DNA from: Acinetobacter wanghuae
GTDB lineage: Bacteria; Pseudomonadota; Gammaproteobacteria; Pseudomonadales; Moraxellaceae
Reading direction: 5' to 3'
Length of the DNA: 32,000 nt
NCBI RefSeq assembly: GCF_009557235.1
Contig: NZ_CP045650.1
Coordinates: 720,001-752,000, forward strand
Below the pieces are notes generated by a model that made no database searches, was not told the origin of the DNA, and saw only the letters and a list, made by a program, of their open reading frames with translations. Numbering within the stretch: position 1 is the first letter of the stretch; each line of letters begins with the position of its first letter. Shown one piece after another: positions 10,001 to 16,571 of this stretch. A program made the position numbers and the translations under genes.

Positions 10001-10869
10001 TTGACCGTTATGGTGCTTTAACAGGTGTTGCCTATGATTTACAGAGTATGTTTGAAATTGAAGAAATGCTCTATCACGATATCCCAAGCCGAGAGGCCTT
10101 GATTCGTGCGCAATTCTGTCTAAAAGCCTACAGCTTACGTGATTATGCTGAAGCAGTCTTAAGCTTCAATGCGAAACTGAATAAAGTCTCAAAGGATTTA
10201 AATTATAAAACAAACTCGACCAACCCATTCCCAGCGCTCACTGAAATTGAAACGAAATTGGTATCGGTACTTGATGGATTGGATGTGTATGAACAGTTAA
10301 AGAGCTATGTCCGAGAGTTGCAAGAATCCAATTTAGAAGATTCGACTTTATTGCCTTCAGAACGACTTATTGAGTCTTATGAGCGTACATACACCGCATT
10401 AGAAAGTGCCAAAGTGGATACTAATGATATTCAAACATTAGTCCGTCTACGTATTGGTTATAAGGAAAACGGGCGTACTGTTGTAGTCAATAATGATTCG
10501 GATTTGGCACAGGGCAGTAGTACTGGTTTATCTCGGCTCATCATTATCATCATCTTTACTGCTTTAACTCGTGATATGTGCCCTGATCTTAATACTGCGA
10601 TTCACATGCCTTTAGATGAAATTGGTCAATTTGATACACAAAATACCACGCGCTTATTCCAATTGATGCAGGATCAAAATATACATTTGATTTGTGCGCA
10701 ACCGGGACTCACAGCCGAGCTGAGTAAGCGATTCAAACATAAGCATGATATTGATCGTAATTTCGGTATCCGTAGATTTGTGGTACAGAAAAGTCTGTTA
10801 GCCAATCCCTTATTGGCACATGAAAGCACGCAAAATAATGAGCCAACTCCAGTTGCTGAGGTTGAATGA
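7093..10869 (+). CDS. SMC/MukB/JetC-like ABC-type ATPase (head - coiled coil - hinge - coiled coil - head), 1258 aa
   Basis: Walker A GQNGAGKTS is at 7243-7269. Very long E/K/Q/L-rich helical arms are interrupted at the protein midpoint by a Pro/Gly-containing non-helical segment (about 8790-8975: NPDVNWREH...SPYWDLELDGFGSFYGLNLDLDQLSLPQEAD). The C-terminal signature-like GSSTG is at 10513-10527. A hydrophobic strand LIIIIIF and the Walker B sequence PLDE (10609-10620) complete the head. Confidence 0.82.
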   Translation: MIHKSVVSTMLNNENQTPKNNGLLTIYLYDSYLKGSLTKLEVFGGHTNLTGQNGAGKTSALNLIPVFYGARPDRMMDRSANKLNFTDYYLPHDRSLLIYEYATPLGINCAVFYRHPTQERLCTRFIQGAAEKTLLTQENLQFHAENNSAKELFSHLYKQGVNVSLQIEHTKDYKAVITNERFRLKANPKLRELAVLFSLAGQKLEIKHVGDLTQITSNKLNLLDSFKQMLIDLYLDSERSVTKFKISHDFAEVTNELRVLYRLQKEKPKIQAGIERRTVLLNTYEELSAYQSHVQTWKINNEDQIHLFETNLADLKQKLQRDVAELNQKIAVNSTELASIEGKLTASQAHLKRIVDTETFYKQNNILKKQQEFHHLATHEQNMLDAKNYLSELEQNYQDVKNKFSQLELEILKQKDRDVGRNTETLEQLANEKEQLSIKQKQRMDELLQAKHAEELDFNQSHEKQRSEFEAKITRCTTRIETVMRMEANEEQEDSAYRVDIDLKNIKIQNKDKEIKQYYQNQSVLRDEYEHLREELRLEKQRLQQLEAEKKSLIELIESNDTILHFLNQNPDVNWREHIAKVIHPKLLARKDLSPYWDLELDGFGSFYGLNLDLDQLSLPQEADSLDIQTARLAEVSLNIDELHKTVQSLEIAFNKLHKKRHDAELHTIQFNTELNALKSELESLHIEYQSFKDRLQLAIQERKQVAEDFLRTTQRQYDEFKRTVEQERQAINVRFLQERQRIEDAIQDEKNILTEQQIALKQQNLNIQEDCQRKLEDLSVMYESELQQRGFDVQVQRNAKQRFEQLRDEYERIKNYRDELQKYAQWLENEYRLKDYLSEQISAYEKELYRVNLQKQKLKDKLESVNQLAQHDSQKISATIRSVEAENKKLTALASMLDQLFGDVEAIEINTTVDVAKPVNFEMLCRYTEDLISRRAQQYKELKQSVYVIMSIIRQDTDLELYKLWKSRIDRYGALTGVAYDLQSMFEIEEMLYHDIPSREALIRAQFCLKAYSLRDYAEAVLSFNAKLNKVSKDLNYKTNSTNPFPALTEIETKLVSVLDGLDVYEQLKSYVRELQESNLEDSTLLPSERLIESYERTYTALESAKVDTNDIQTLVRLRIGYKENGRTVVVNNDSDLAQGSSTGLSRLIIIIIFTALTRDMCPDLNTAIHMPLDEIGQFDTQNTTRLFQLMQDQNIHLICAQPGLTAELSKRFKHKHDIDRNFGIRRFVVQKSLLANPLLAHESTQNNEPTPVAEVE

Positions 10870-11504
10870 TGATTCCACACCATTTAAAAAGTCAGATCCT
10901 GAACGCGCTATTGGCAGGGCGTATTATTAGTGAGTATACGGACAAAGAGTTTTTTGCAATTTTAAGACAAGTACATGCCTTAGAAGAAATCAATACTGCC
11001 TTGGCCATGCTAGATAAACGTTGTGTCATGAGTACGCAAAATTCAGCCTACTACTGTGTGTATACACGAGAAAATTTAACGAAAGAAGAAGCAGAGATTG
11101 TACGTAAGCAATTTGAAGAAAGTAAATTTAGATTAGAGTTCGTAAGTGCTTGGGCTGAGTTTTGTCGCAGTGAGTTAAGTAAAAATAGTTTGCCAATTCA
11201 AAGTGGCGATATTATTTCTTATACCGATTTATTACGTGTAACTGATGAATCGAGTATTGCTAAAGCCAAGCTGGCGGATTTAATTAAACGTATTAAACGA
11301 AATACCACCACGATTAAAGATCAACTCAGTTCTGTTTTACAATATTTAGTCGATCATGAATATTTAGTGCCGACGGGAAATAATGGTGTTGCTTATCTAG
11401 CGACAGGTAAGTGGTCAGTTCTTTACGATGAGCTTGAGTTTATGTGCTCACATCATCAGCTCTCTTTTGACACACCAGAGCCTGAGCAGGGTGAATTGCT
11501 GTGA
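10866..11504 (+). CDS. Hypothetical protein, 212 aa; second gene of the SMC-like operon (KITE/MksE-sized; no recognisable motif)
   Basis: The start overlaps the upstream stop as ATGA (10866-10869), and the stop overlaps the next start as GTGA. The ORF is same-strand and tightly coupled. Any functional assignment rests only on size and position. Confidence 0.6.
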   Translation: MMIPHHLKSQILNALLAGRIISEYTDKEFFAILRQVHALEEINTALAMLDKRCVMSTQNSAYYCVYTRENLTKEEAEIVRKQFEESKFRLEFVSAWAEFCRSELSKNSLPIQSGDIISYTDLLRVTDESSIAKAKLADLIKRIKRNTTTIKDQLSSVLQYLVDHEYLVPTGNNGVAYLATGKWSVLYDELEFMCSHHQLSFDTPEPEQGELL

Positions 11505-12733
11505 CAGACTTAATCAATTATGCAGAGAAACCAGCAAGAGTCTTATTAAACTACATTGAGCAGATTAGTGAGGCGGTCTATTTTCATAATTCTGGCTTTG
11601 TCATTGATGAAAATAATAAAGTAATGCTGGATGCACTCAATAATGCTGAATTGGGCTATTACAACACTGAGAACAACAGTTTCCAGTTGCACAACATCAT
11701 TATCAATTTTGTCAGCTTTTATAAAAAAAGAAAAATTATCAATAATGCCAAAATGATCAATCAAATTTTGGATGAGATTAAACATGCGACCTATGATTTG
11801 GTACAGGCTAAAATAGAAACACCTGAGAGTGTCGACTTGCTTAAACAAGAAATCATCGATTTGGTCATTTCACTGTCAAATGCCATCCATGAAAGCTCTT
11901 ACAACTTTGCAATTTTAGCAATGCGCGATTTAACTTTATTTAATAACCTAAAGTTACGCATCAAGCGGATTACACGTCATATCGCAGTGGTCAATGAGCT
12001 ATTGTCCGTGCATGGGGTTTTATCGCATAGTGAAATGATTAAACTGGCTGTGGGAGATAAAGACTTAGAGCATTCGATTCGGCACTATCTCATGCCAGTA
12101 TTTCGTCAGAGTAAAATTGATCTGATTGATAGTCTTGGAAAACTTGAAAAGCAACTTTTTGAATGGAAGCAAGAAGAGGTCTATCAACGACAAAACAATA
12201 TGATAGATGCTTGGCTGAAATACTGTCAGCAACATGCATCTATCCGCGATGATGTAGATATTTATGACCTACCAGATAGCTTTTATCGTATTCCGCGTAA
12301 AGATTTGGTTTGCCGAGCTGATTTAAATCAGCTCACGGATGACTTAGTCGAGATCAGTACTGGAGTAATGAAGAAAGCATTGCAGGATCAGCAAATACTT
12401 GAGCAAAAGGCTGAGCAAGTCCTAGAGACGGTCATTACGAAAGAAGAGATTATGACTCAACAAGAATCACCGCTTGAAATTGCACTGAATCATTTCTTTG
12501 AAGCACTTATGCCAGCTCAGACAGGTGGGTATCAAACTTTGGATGCAAGGTCGACTTTTGAAAAATTATCACCAGACTGTGAGTTAGATTATTGGGTCAG
12601 TAGTTTGGTGTCCTGCTGTCGTAATGATTATCCACAAGACTTAAAGATCGAATTTATCGAAGAGATTGATCCAGTATTTACTGGTAATAGTCAGGTCACC
12701 AATGTGGTCATTTCTAGAGTGGAACGCTCATGA
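11501..12733 (+). CDS. Hypothetical protein, 410 aa; third gene of the SMC-like operon (kleisin-sized; no recognisable motif)
   Basis: The GTG start at 11501 overlaps the upstream TGA, and its own TGA overlaps the next ATG (12730-12733). The sequence looks mostly helical, with no catalytic motif seen. Confidence 0.6.
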   Translation: MTDLINYAEKPARVLLNYIEQISEAVYFHNSGFVIDENNKVMLDALNNAELGYYNTENNSFQLHNIIINFVSFYKKRKIINNAKMINQILDEIKHATYDLVQAKIETPESVDLLKQEIIDLVISLSNAIHESSYNFAILAMRDLTLFNNLKLRIKRITRHIAVVNELLSVHGVLSHSEMIKLAVGDKDLEHSIRHYLMPVFRQSKIDLIDSLGKLEKQLFEWKQEEVYQRQNNMIDAWLKYCQQHASIRDDVDIYDLPDSFYRIPRKDLVCRADLNQLTDDLVEISTGVMKKALQDQQILEQKAEQVLETVITKEEIMTQQESPLEIALNHFFEALMPAQTGGYQTLDARSTFEKLSPDCELDYWVSSLVSCCRNDYPQDLKIEFIEEIDPVFTGNSQVTNVVISRVERS

Positions 12734-13590
12734 TGAATGGTAAACAGTTAAATGTAATTAAACATGCCATTCAGTCTAAAAAGAAAGTGGTAGAACTGAA
12801 CCAGACATGGCTCATGCTCAATCAGGACTTTCAAGTGGGTGTTAAACAGGGACGAGAGTTGCTCTTAAGTCATCGTGATTATGAGATGCTCACAGCAATT
12901 TATCAGCGTCATATCAAAGTTGCACCATCAGTGAATATCACACTTCAGCAAGATCGTATGACCTTGGTGGATTATTTGAAAGATGAAAAAGTTGGTGGAT
13001 TTAACGTATTTGCAGATCAATTGGTCTTTGCATCGGTATCAACTGATTTACCATTAAAAACAGGTAAGGCGACGATTGCTTTTGCGGGGATGTTAGCGAC
13101 TACACAGATTGAAAACCTTGATATACCGGCAATACAGCGCATCATTATTATTGAGAATGGTGCCATGATGAGTCGGGTATTTGATTGGTATATGCAGTTA
13201 CCTATTGAATGGCAGTCGAGCCTGTTTGTTTATCGTGGGCATGGCAGCAACATTAAAACGGTAGTCAAATTACTAAAACAAGTATCGATGAGTTGCTTGG
13301 TAGCTTTTTATGGTGATTTTGATCCTTATGGGATTAATATTGCCTCTCATTTTTATAAAATCCGCCCTTTAGCACTGATCGTACCGTATATTTGGAAGGA
13401 AATTAGAGCAACTCACATCGATAACAATATACATAAATACATGAAGCAGATTGTTCAGAGTCGTGATCTCGCCGTTGATCAAGAAGAACCTATAGTTTTA
13501 AGAGAGCTATTTCATCACATTAAAACGAACCAAATTGCGATTATGCAGGAGAATGTAAATCGAATAGGACGTTTGATGGTTCTGTATTAA
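12730..13590 (+). CDS. Compact Toprim-domain protein, JetD/MksG C-terminal (DUF2220)-like; putative nuclease subunit
   Basis: The Toprim acidic residues occur in the JetD-type arrangement: RIIIIENGAMM (E at 13153-13155), then SLFVYRGHGSN, then AFYGDFDPYGINI (DxD within 13312-13332). The protein is only 286 aa, with about 135 aa N-terminal to the Toprim core. Confidence 0.7.
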   Translation: MMNGKQLNVIKHAIQSKKKVVELNQTWLMLNQDFQVGVKQGRELLLSHRDYEMLTAIYQRHIKVAPSVNITLQQDRMTLVDYLKDEKVGGFNVFADQLVFASVSTDLPLKTGKATIAFAGMLATTQIENLDIPAIQRIIIIENGAMMSRVFDWYMQLPIEWQSSLFVYRGHGSNIKTVVKLLKQVSMSCLVAFYGDFDPYGINIASHFYKIRPLALIVPYIWKEIRATHIDNNIHKYMKQIVQSRDLAVDQEEPIVLRELFHHIKTNQIAIMQENVNRIGRLMVLY

Positions 13591-13854
13591 TCCTATTTCT
13601 GGATAGGGCTATGGCTGCTTTAGCTTGAACAGATGACAATTTCAATACAACATCTTTGGCTCATAGGCATGCTGGGGTATCGTAGTTTATGTTACAATAT
13701 CCGCATATAAATATGTTTTGTTACATATAAAAAGAAGAAAAGTTCCCGAGTTCAATTTCCTTTTCCGCAGGGATGTCCTTGTACACAGTATGTACAATCT
13801 ATTTTTTCCAAACAAATAAAAGTTAATAAAAACATTGTTTTATATTTGAGTTAG

Positions 13855-13873
13855 CCGGACGCCATCTCCACCA
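13855..13873 (+). other. tmRNA/tRNA 3'-acceptor-end-like fragment (CCGGACGCCATCTCCACCA); candidate distal att site of the island
   Basis: The fragment ends in a discriminator A plus CCA. The implied acceptor strand CATCTCC would pair with 5' GGGGAUG through a G3:U70 pair (tRNA-Ala/tmRNA identity). No D, anticodon or T arm lies upstream, where the sequence is about 80% AT, so this is a fragment and not a gene. Confidence 0.4.
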
Positions 13874-13893
13874 AAATTCTTGTTACAAATCAG

Positions 13894-13917
13894 CCACTAA
13901 TATTAAGTGGTTTTTTT
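13894..13917 (+). terminator. Weak intrinsic terminator just downstream of the RNA-end-like fragment
   Basis: CCACT (13894-13898) pairs with AGTGG (13906-13910), followed by TTTTTTT (13911-13917). The stem is short. Confidence 0.35.
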
Positions 13918-14066
13918 ATTGCCAAATTTTCTTCCAAGAATGTTCAATCTCAAGCAATTGAGATTGAACTCCTCATGCTTTATTTAGAAATCTTCAATTT
14001 CTCTAATTTTTATTTGAAATAATATTTAATAGTCTTTAAGGGATTCACAAAAAACAATAATCTTGG

Positions 14067-14372
14067 ATGAGCAAAAAGCTTAAGCATCTCTTAATACAGC
14101 TTTTCCATTTTGCAGAGGAACAGTACAAGATCAGTTCTGATCAAGCTCGGCATAAAGAGGTTGTTAGATAAATTTGGGGCATAAAATCACATGATCTGCT
14201 TCAGCATGCAGTTAAATATACAAAAAGGTGTATGACCTCTTTTTATCGTGACTATGTGTATTGCCTAAGATTACGAAAATTGTCTAAAACAAAACGTATG
14301 GACTTTAGTCTATTCTTAAATGAGATAGAGTATGAAGTTCTGATTCGAAATCAGGGATTTTCTTATAGGTAA
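14067..14372 (+). pseudogene. About 100-codon reading frame interrupted by a single in-frame TAA (14169-14171); possible decayed small gene
   Basis: ATG 14067 gives MSKKLKHLLIQLFHFAEEQYKISSDQARHKEVVR, then TAA. The same frame continues as IWGIKSHDLLQHAVKYTKRCMTSFYRDYVYCLRLRKLSKTKRMDFSLFLNEIEYEVLIRNQGFSYR and stops at 14370-14372. A 66-codon open stretch is unusual in DNA this AT-rich. I recognise no homology. Confidence 0.25.
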
Positions 14373-14466
14373 TACGTCTAAATTAATCAATAAAACTTCA
14401 TAATAAAACCTAGTGCAGAAGAATTGCTGAGCTAGGGAGAATGTATTTTAATCTTGCTGATGTTTT

Positions 14467-15372
14467 TTAAGATTCTGAAAACAGCTCGAAAAAAATACGT
14501 CTTAACCATTCCACATTTGAATTATTGTGTGAGCGAGAATGCCAATATTGTTTCACGCTATAACTTGGGAATGTATAGGGTGGTTTAAAGATTTTAATAT
14601 CACCCCGTGATTCAAGAAATTCACTTAAATAACGCGGTACAGTGGCAATGGCATCGGTGGTTTTAATAATTGGACCGACCCCTAAATAACCGGGTAGCTG
14701 CATCAAAATATTGCGACTCACACCTAATTTTTGTAATTCATTTCTCACAATGTAATGCCCGCCAGTGCCCATAATATCAATATGAAGTTCACGGCAATAA
14801 TCTTCTTGGGTCAGCATTTCATGATTCAGCCTTGGATGGAATGGACTGCAAATCACGGTATATTCTTGTTTGAAAAGCGTTTGTTGATAAAACCCTGCTT
14901 CAATTTGAGGAATAAATCCAATCGCAAGATCAATTTTCCCTTCAGCCATTTTCGTAGGTGTATCCGCATCAATTGGCACAATACTTAAACGAATATTGGG
15001 AGCATTTTCTCGTAAATAATTAACCAATTGGGGGAGCAGCACCAAGTGACTAATATCGGTCATGCTGATCTTAAATTCGTAATTTGATGTTGTAGGATCA
15101 AAATCGACATTGTATTGATTAATCAGTTTTAGATGATTTAAGCATTCTACCGTAATAGGATAAATCGCTTTGGCAAGATCGGTCGGTTCCATATTATTAC
15201 CGACACGAACAAATAATGGATTATTAAAATGTTCACGTAATTTATTTAAGCCAATACTTAATGTGGATTGTCCCGTGCCTAATGAAGCTGCTGCCTTTGA
15301 GACACTTTTATGGCGGTAAATCTCATAAAAAATTTGTATAAGTCGTGAATCAATATCCATCTGCGTCATCAT
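14467..15372 (-). CDS. LysR-family transcriptional regulator (MhbR/NagR-like), divergent from the gentisate operon
   Basis: The N-terminal HTH is LIQIFYEIYRHKSVSKAAASLGTGQSTLSIGLNKLREHF. The length of about 300 aa and the divergent arrangement are typical of LysR-type regulators. Confidence 0.9.
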   Translation of the reverse strand: MMTQMDIDSRLIQIFYEIYRHKSVSKAAASLGTGQSTLSIGLNKLREHFNNPLFVRVGNNMEPTDLAKAIYPITVECLNHLKLINQYNVDFDPTTSNYEFKISMTDISHLVLLPQLVNYLRENAPNIRLSIVPIDADTPTKMAEGKIDLAIGFIPQIEAGFYQQTLFKQEYTVICSPFHPRLNHEMLTQEDYCRELHIDIMGTGGHYIVRNELQKLGVSRNILMQLPGYLGVGPIIKTTDAIATVPRYLSEFLESRGDIKIFKPPYTFPSYSVKQYWHSRSHNNSNVEWLRRIFFELFSES

Positions 15373-15377
15373 ACTGT

Positions 15378-15417
15378 ATTGATTTTATCAATATAGCCTA
15401 TTCATTTCGGGCTATAT
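15378..15417. promoter_or_regulatory. Candidate LysR operator dyads in the divergent promoter region
   Basis: ATTGATTTTATCAAT (15378-15392) is a perfect palindrome. ATATAGCC-N11-GGCTATAT (15391-15417) is an interrupted dyad of the T-N11-A type. Confidence 0.4.
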
Positions 15418-15514
15418 ATACAAGGTTTTGCTGTTGATAAATTGAGCCAAATGAAGGGTGGACGAGCAATTTTTAGCTAAAAATTGCTTTTACAAAACTG
15501 GAAGAGGCTGAAAG

Positions 15515-16552
15515 ATGGAACAACTTGCAACATTAGAAGATTTACCGAAAGAGTATGTGTCAACTCTGACGCAATCAAATCTTGTCCCGCTTTGGCCGAG
15601 TCTACGTAATGTATTACCGCCGAATCAGCCCATCCCGCAAACACAAGCAACAGCTTGGCATTTTAAAGATATTAAGCCGCTTTTATTACAAGCAGGCGAA
15701 TTAACACCAATTGAAAAAGCTGAACGTCGTGTATTGGTACTGGCGAATCCCGGTCATGGTTTAGAAAACATGAAGGCAACATCGTCTATTTATTTGGGTA
15801 TGCAATTGCTACTACCGAATGAATGGGCACCTTCACATCGTCATACACCAAATGCAGTTCGCTTAATTGTTGAAGGCACAGGGGCATATACCACAGTTGA
15901 AGGTCAAAAATGCACGATGGAGCATGGTGATTTGATCTTAACGCCATCAGGCTTATGGCATGAACATGGTCATGATGGCGATGAACCTGTGATCTGGCTC
16001 GATGTTCTCGATTTACCTTTGGTTTACTACATGGAAGCATCGTTCGTTGAAGGCGGAGATGTCCAAGAAGTCAAAGGAACGGATCGTGGTCATCGCTATG
16101 CTAAGGGCATCGTTCCGACTGTGCATTTTGTGCGTGAAAACTCAGGTTATCCACTGCTTCGTTACTCTTGGAAAGATGCAAAACAAGTATTGGATGCTTT
16201 AGCCGCTGATGCCGCGCACCAAGGTCCTGCACAAATTAGCTATGTGAATCCTGAAACAGGTGAAGACTGCCAAAAAATTATTGGTTATTCAGCGATTCGT
16301 TTAGCGCCGAAAGAAGTGGTTCAATTGGAACGTCGTTCAGCCGCGCAAGTTTTTCATGTCATTGAAGGTCAGATGCACATCGACATCAATGCAAATACCT
16401 ATGAATTATCACGTTCTGATACCGCATGTGCACCTTGTTTTGCACAAATTGATTTAATCAATAATGGTGATGAACCCGCTTATATTTTTGTTGCTGATGA
16501 AGCGCCTTTACAGAAGAAGTTAGGGCTTTATTCAACACGTGCACGTATCTAA
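15515..16552 (+). CDS. Gentisate 1,2-dioxygenase (bicupin)
   Basis: The protein is 345 aa, with the cupin metal motif WAPSHRHTPNAVRLIVEG...WHEHGH. The operon context also includes an FAD hydroxylase, a GST-zeta isomerase and an FAH hydrolase. Confidence 0.85.
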   Translation: MEQLATLEDLPKEYVSTLTQSNLVPLWPSLRNVLPPNQPIPQTQATAWHFKDIKPLLLQAGELTPIEKAERRVLVLANPGHGLENMKATSSIYLGMQLLLPNEWAPSHRHTPNAVRLIVEGTGAYTTVEGQKCTMEHGDLILTPSGLWHEHGHDGDEPVIWLDVLDLPLVYYMEASFVEGGDVQEVKGTDRGHRYAKGIVPTVHFVRENSGYPLLRYSWKDAKQVLDALAADAAHQGPAQISYVNPETGEDCQKIIGYSAIRLAPKEVVQLERRSAAQVFHVIEGQMHIDINANTYELSRSDTACAPCFAQIDLINNGDEPAYIFVADEAPLQKKLGLYSTRARI

Positions 16553-16571
16553 AGTTTTGGAAGGAATCAAG

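Larger units (their letters stand above)
1..13873. mobile_element. Right-hand part of a putative AT-rich genomic (defence) island; the left end and any integrase lie outside the window
   Basis: By eye, the segment is clearly more AT-rich than the catabolic genes from 14.4 kb onward. All its genes are accessory or defence-type (dynamin-like GTPases, Fic, SMC-like ATPase plus Toprim). It ends at a tmRNA/tRNA 3'-end-like fragment (13855-13873) followed by a terminator. No integrase or transposase lies in the window, so this is a boundary hypothesis only. Confidence 0.4.

Noticed and set aside
7267-11848. Embedded or antisense ORFs in the SMC-like operon (7267-7473, 7608-7820, 8384-8602, 9145-9336, 10674-10883, 11546-11848)
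   Set aside because: They lie entirely within or opposite the coupled four-gene operon. The 100-aa ORF at 11546-11848 is the longest but has no start context or motif, so these are most likely chance ORFs.
13780-13873. Possibility of a complete tRNA or tmRNA gene ending at the CCA at 13873
   Set aside because: The upstream 70-350 nt are extremely AT-rich and lack a T-arm (GGTTCGA-type), D-arm or 5' GGGG acceptor strand. Only the last ~19 nt look RNA-like, so I treat it as a fragment or att site.
16539-16571. GTG start at 16539 for the hydroxylase
   Set aside because: It overlaps the dioxygenase stop region. ATG 16572 has a strong GGAAGGA SD site and places the Rossmann GxGxxG motif at the usual distance from the N-terminus.
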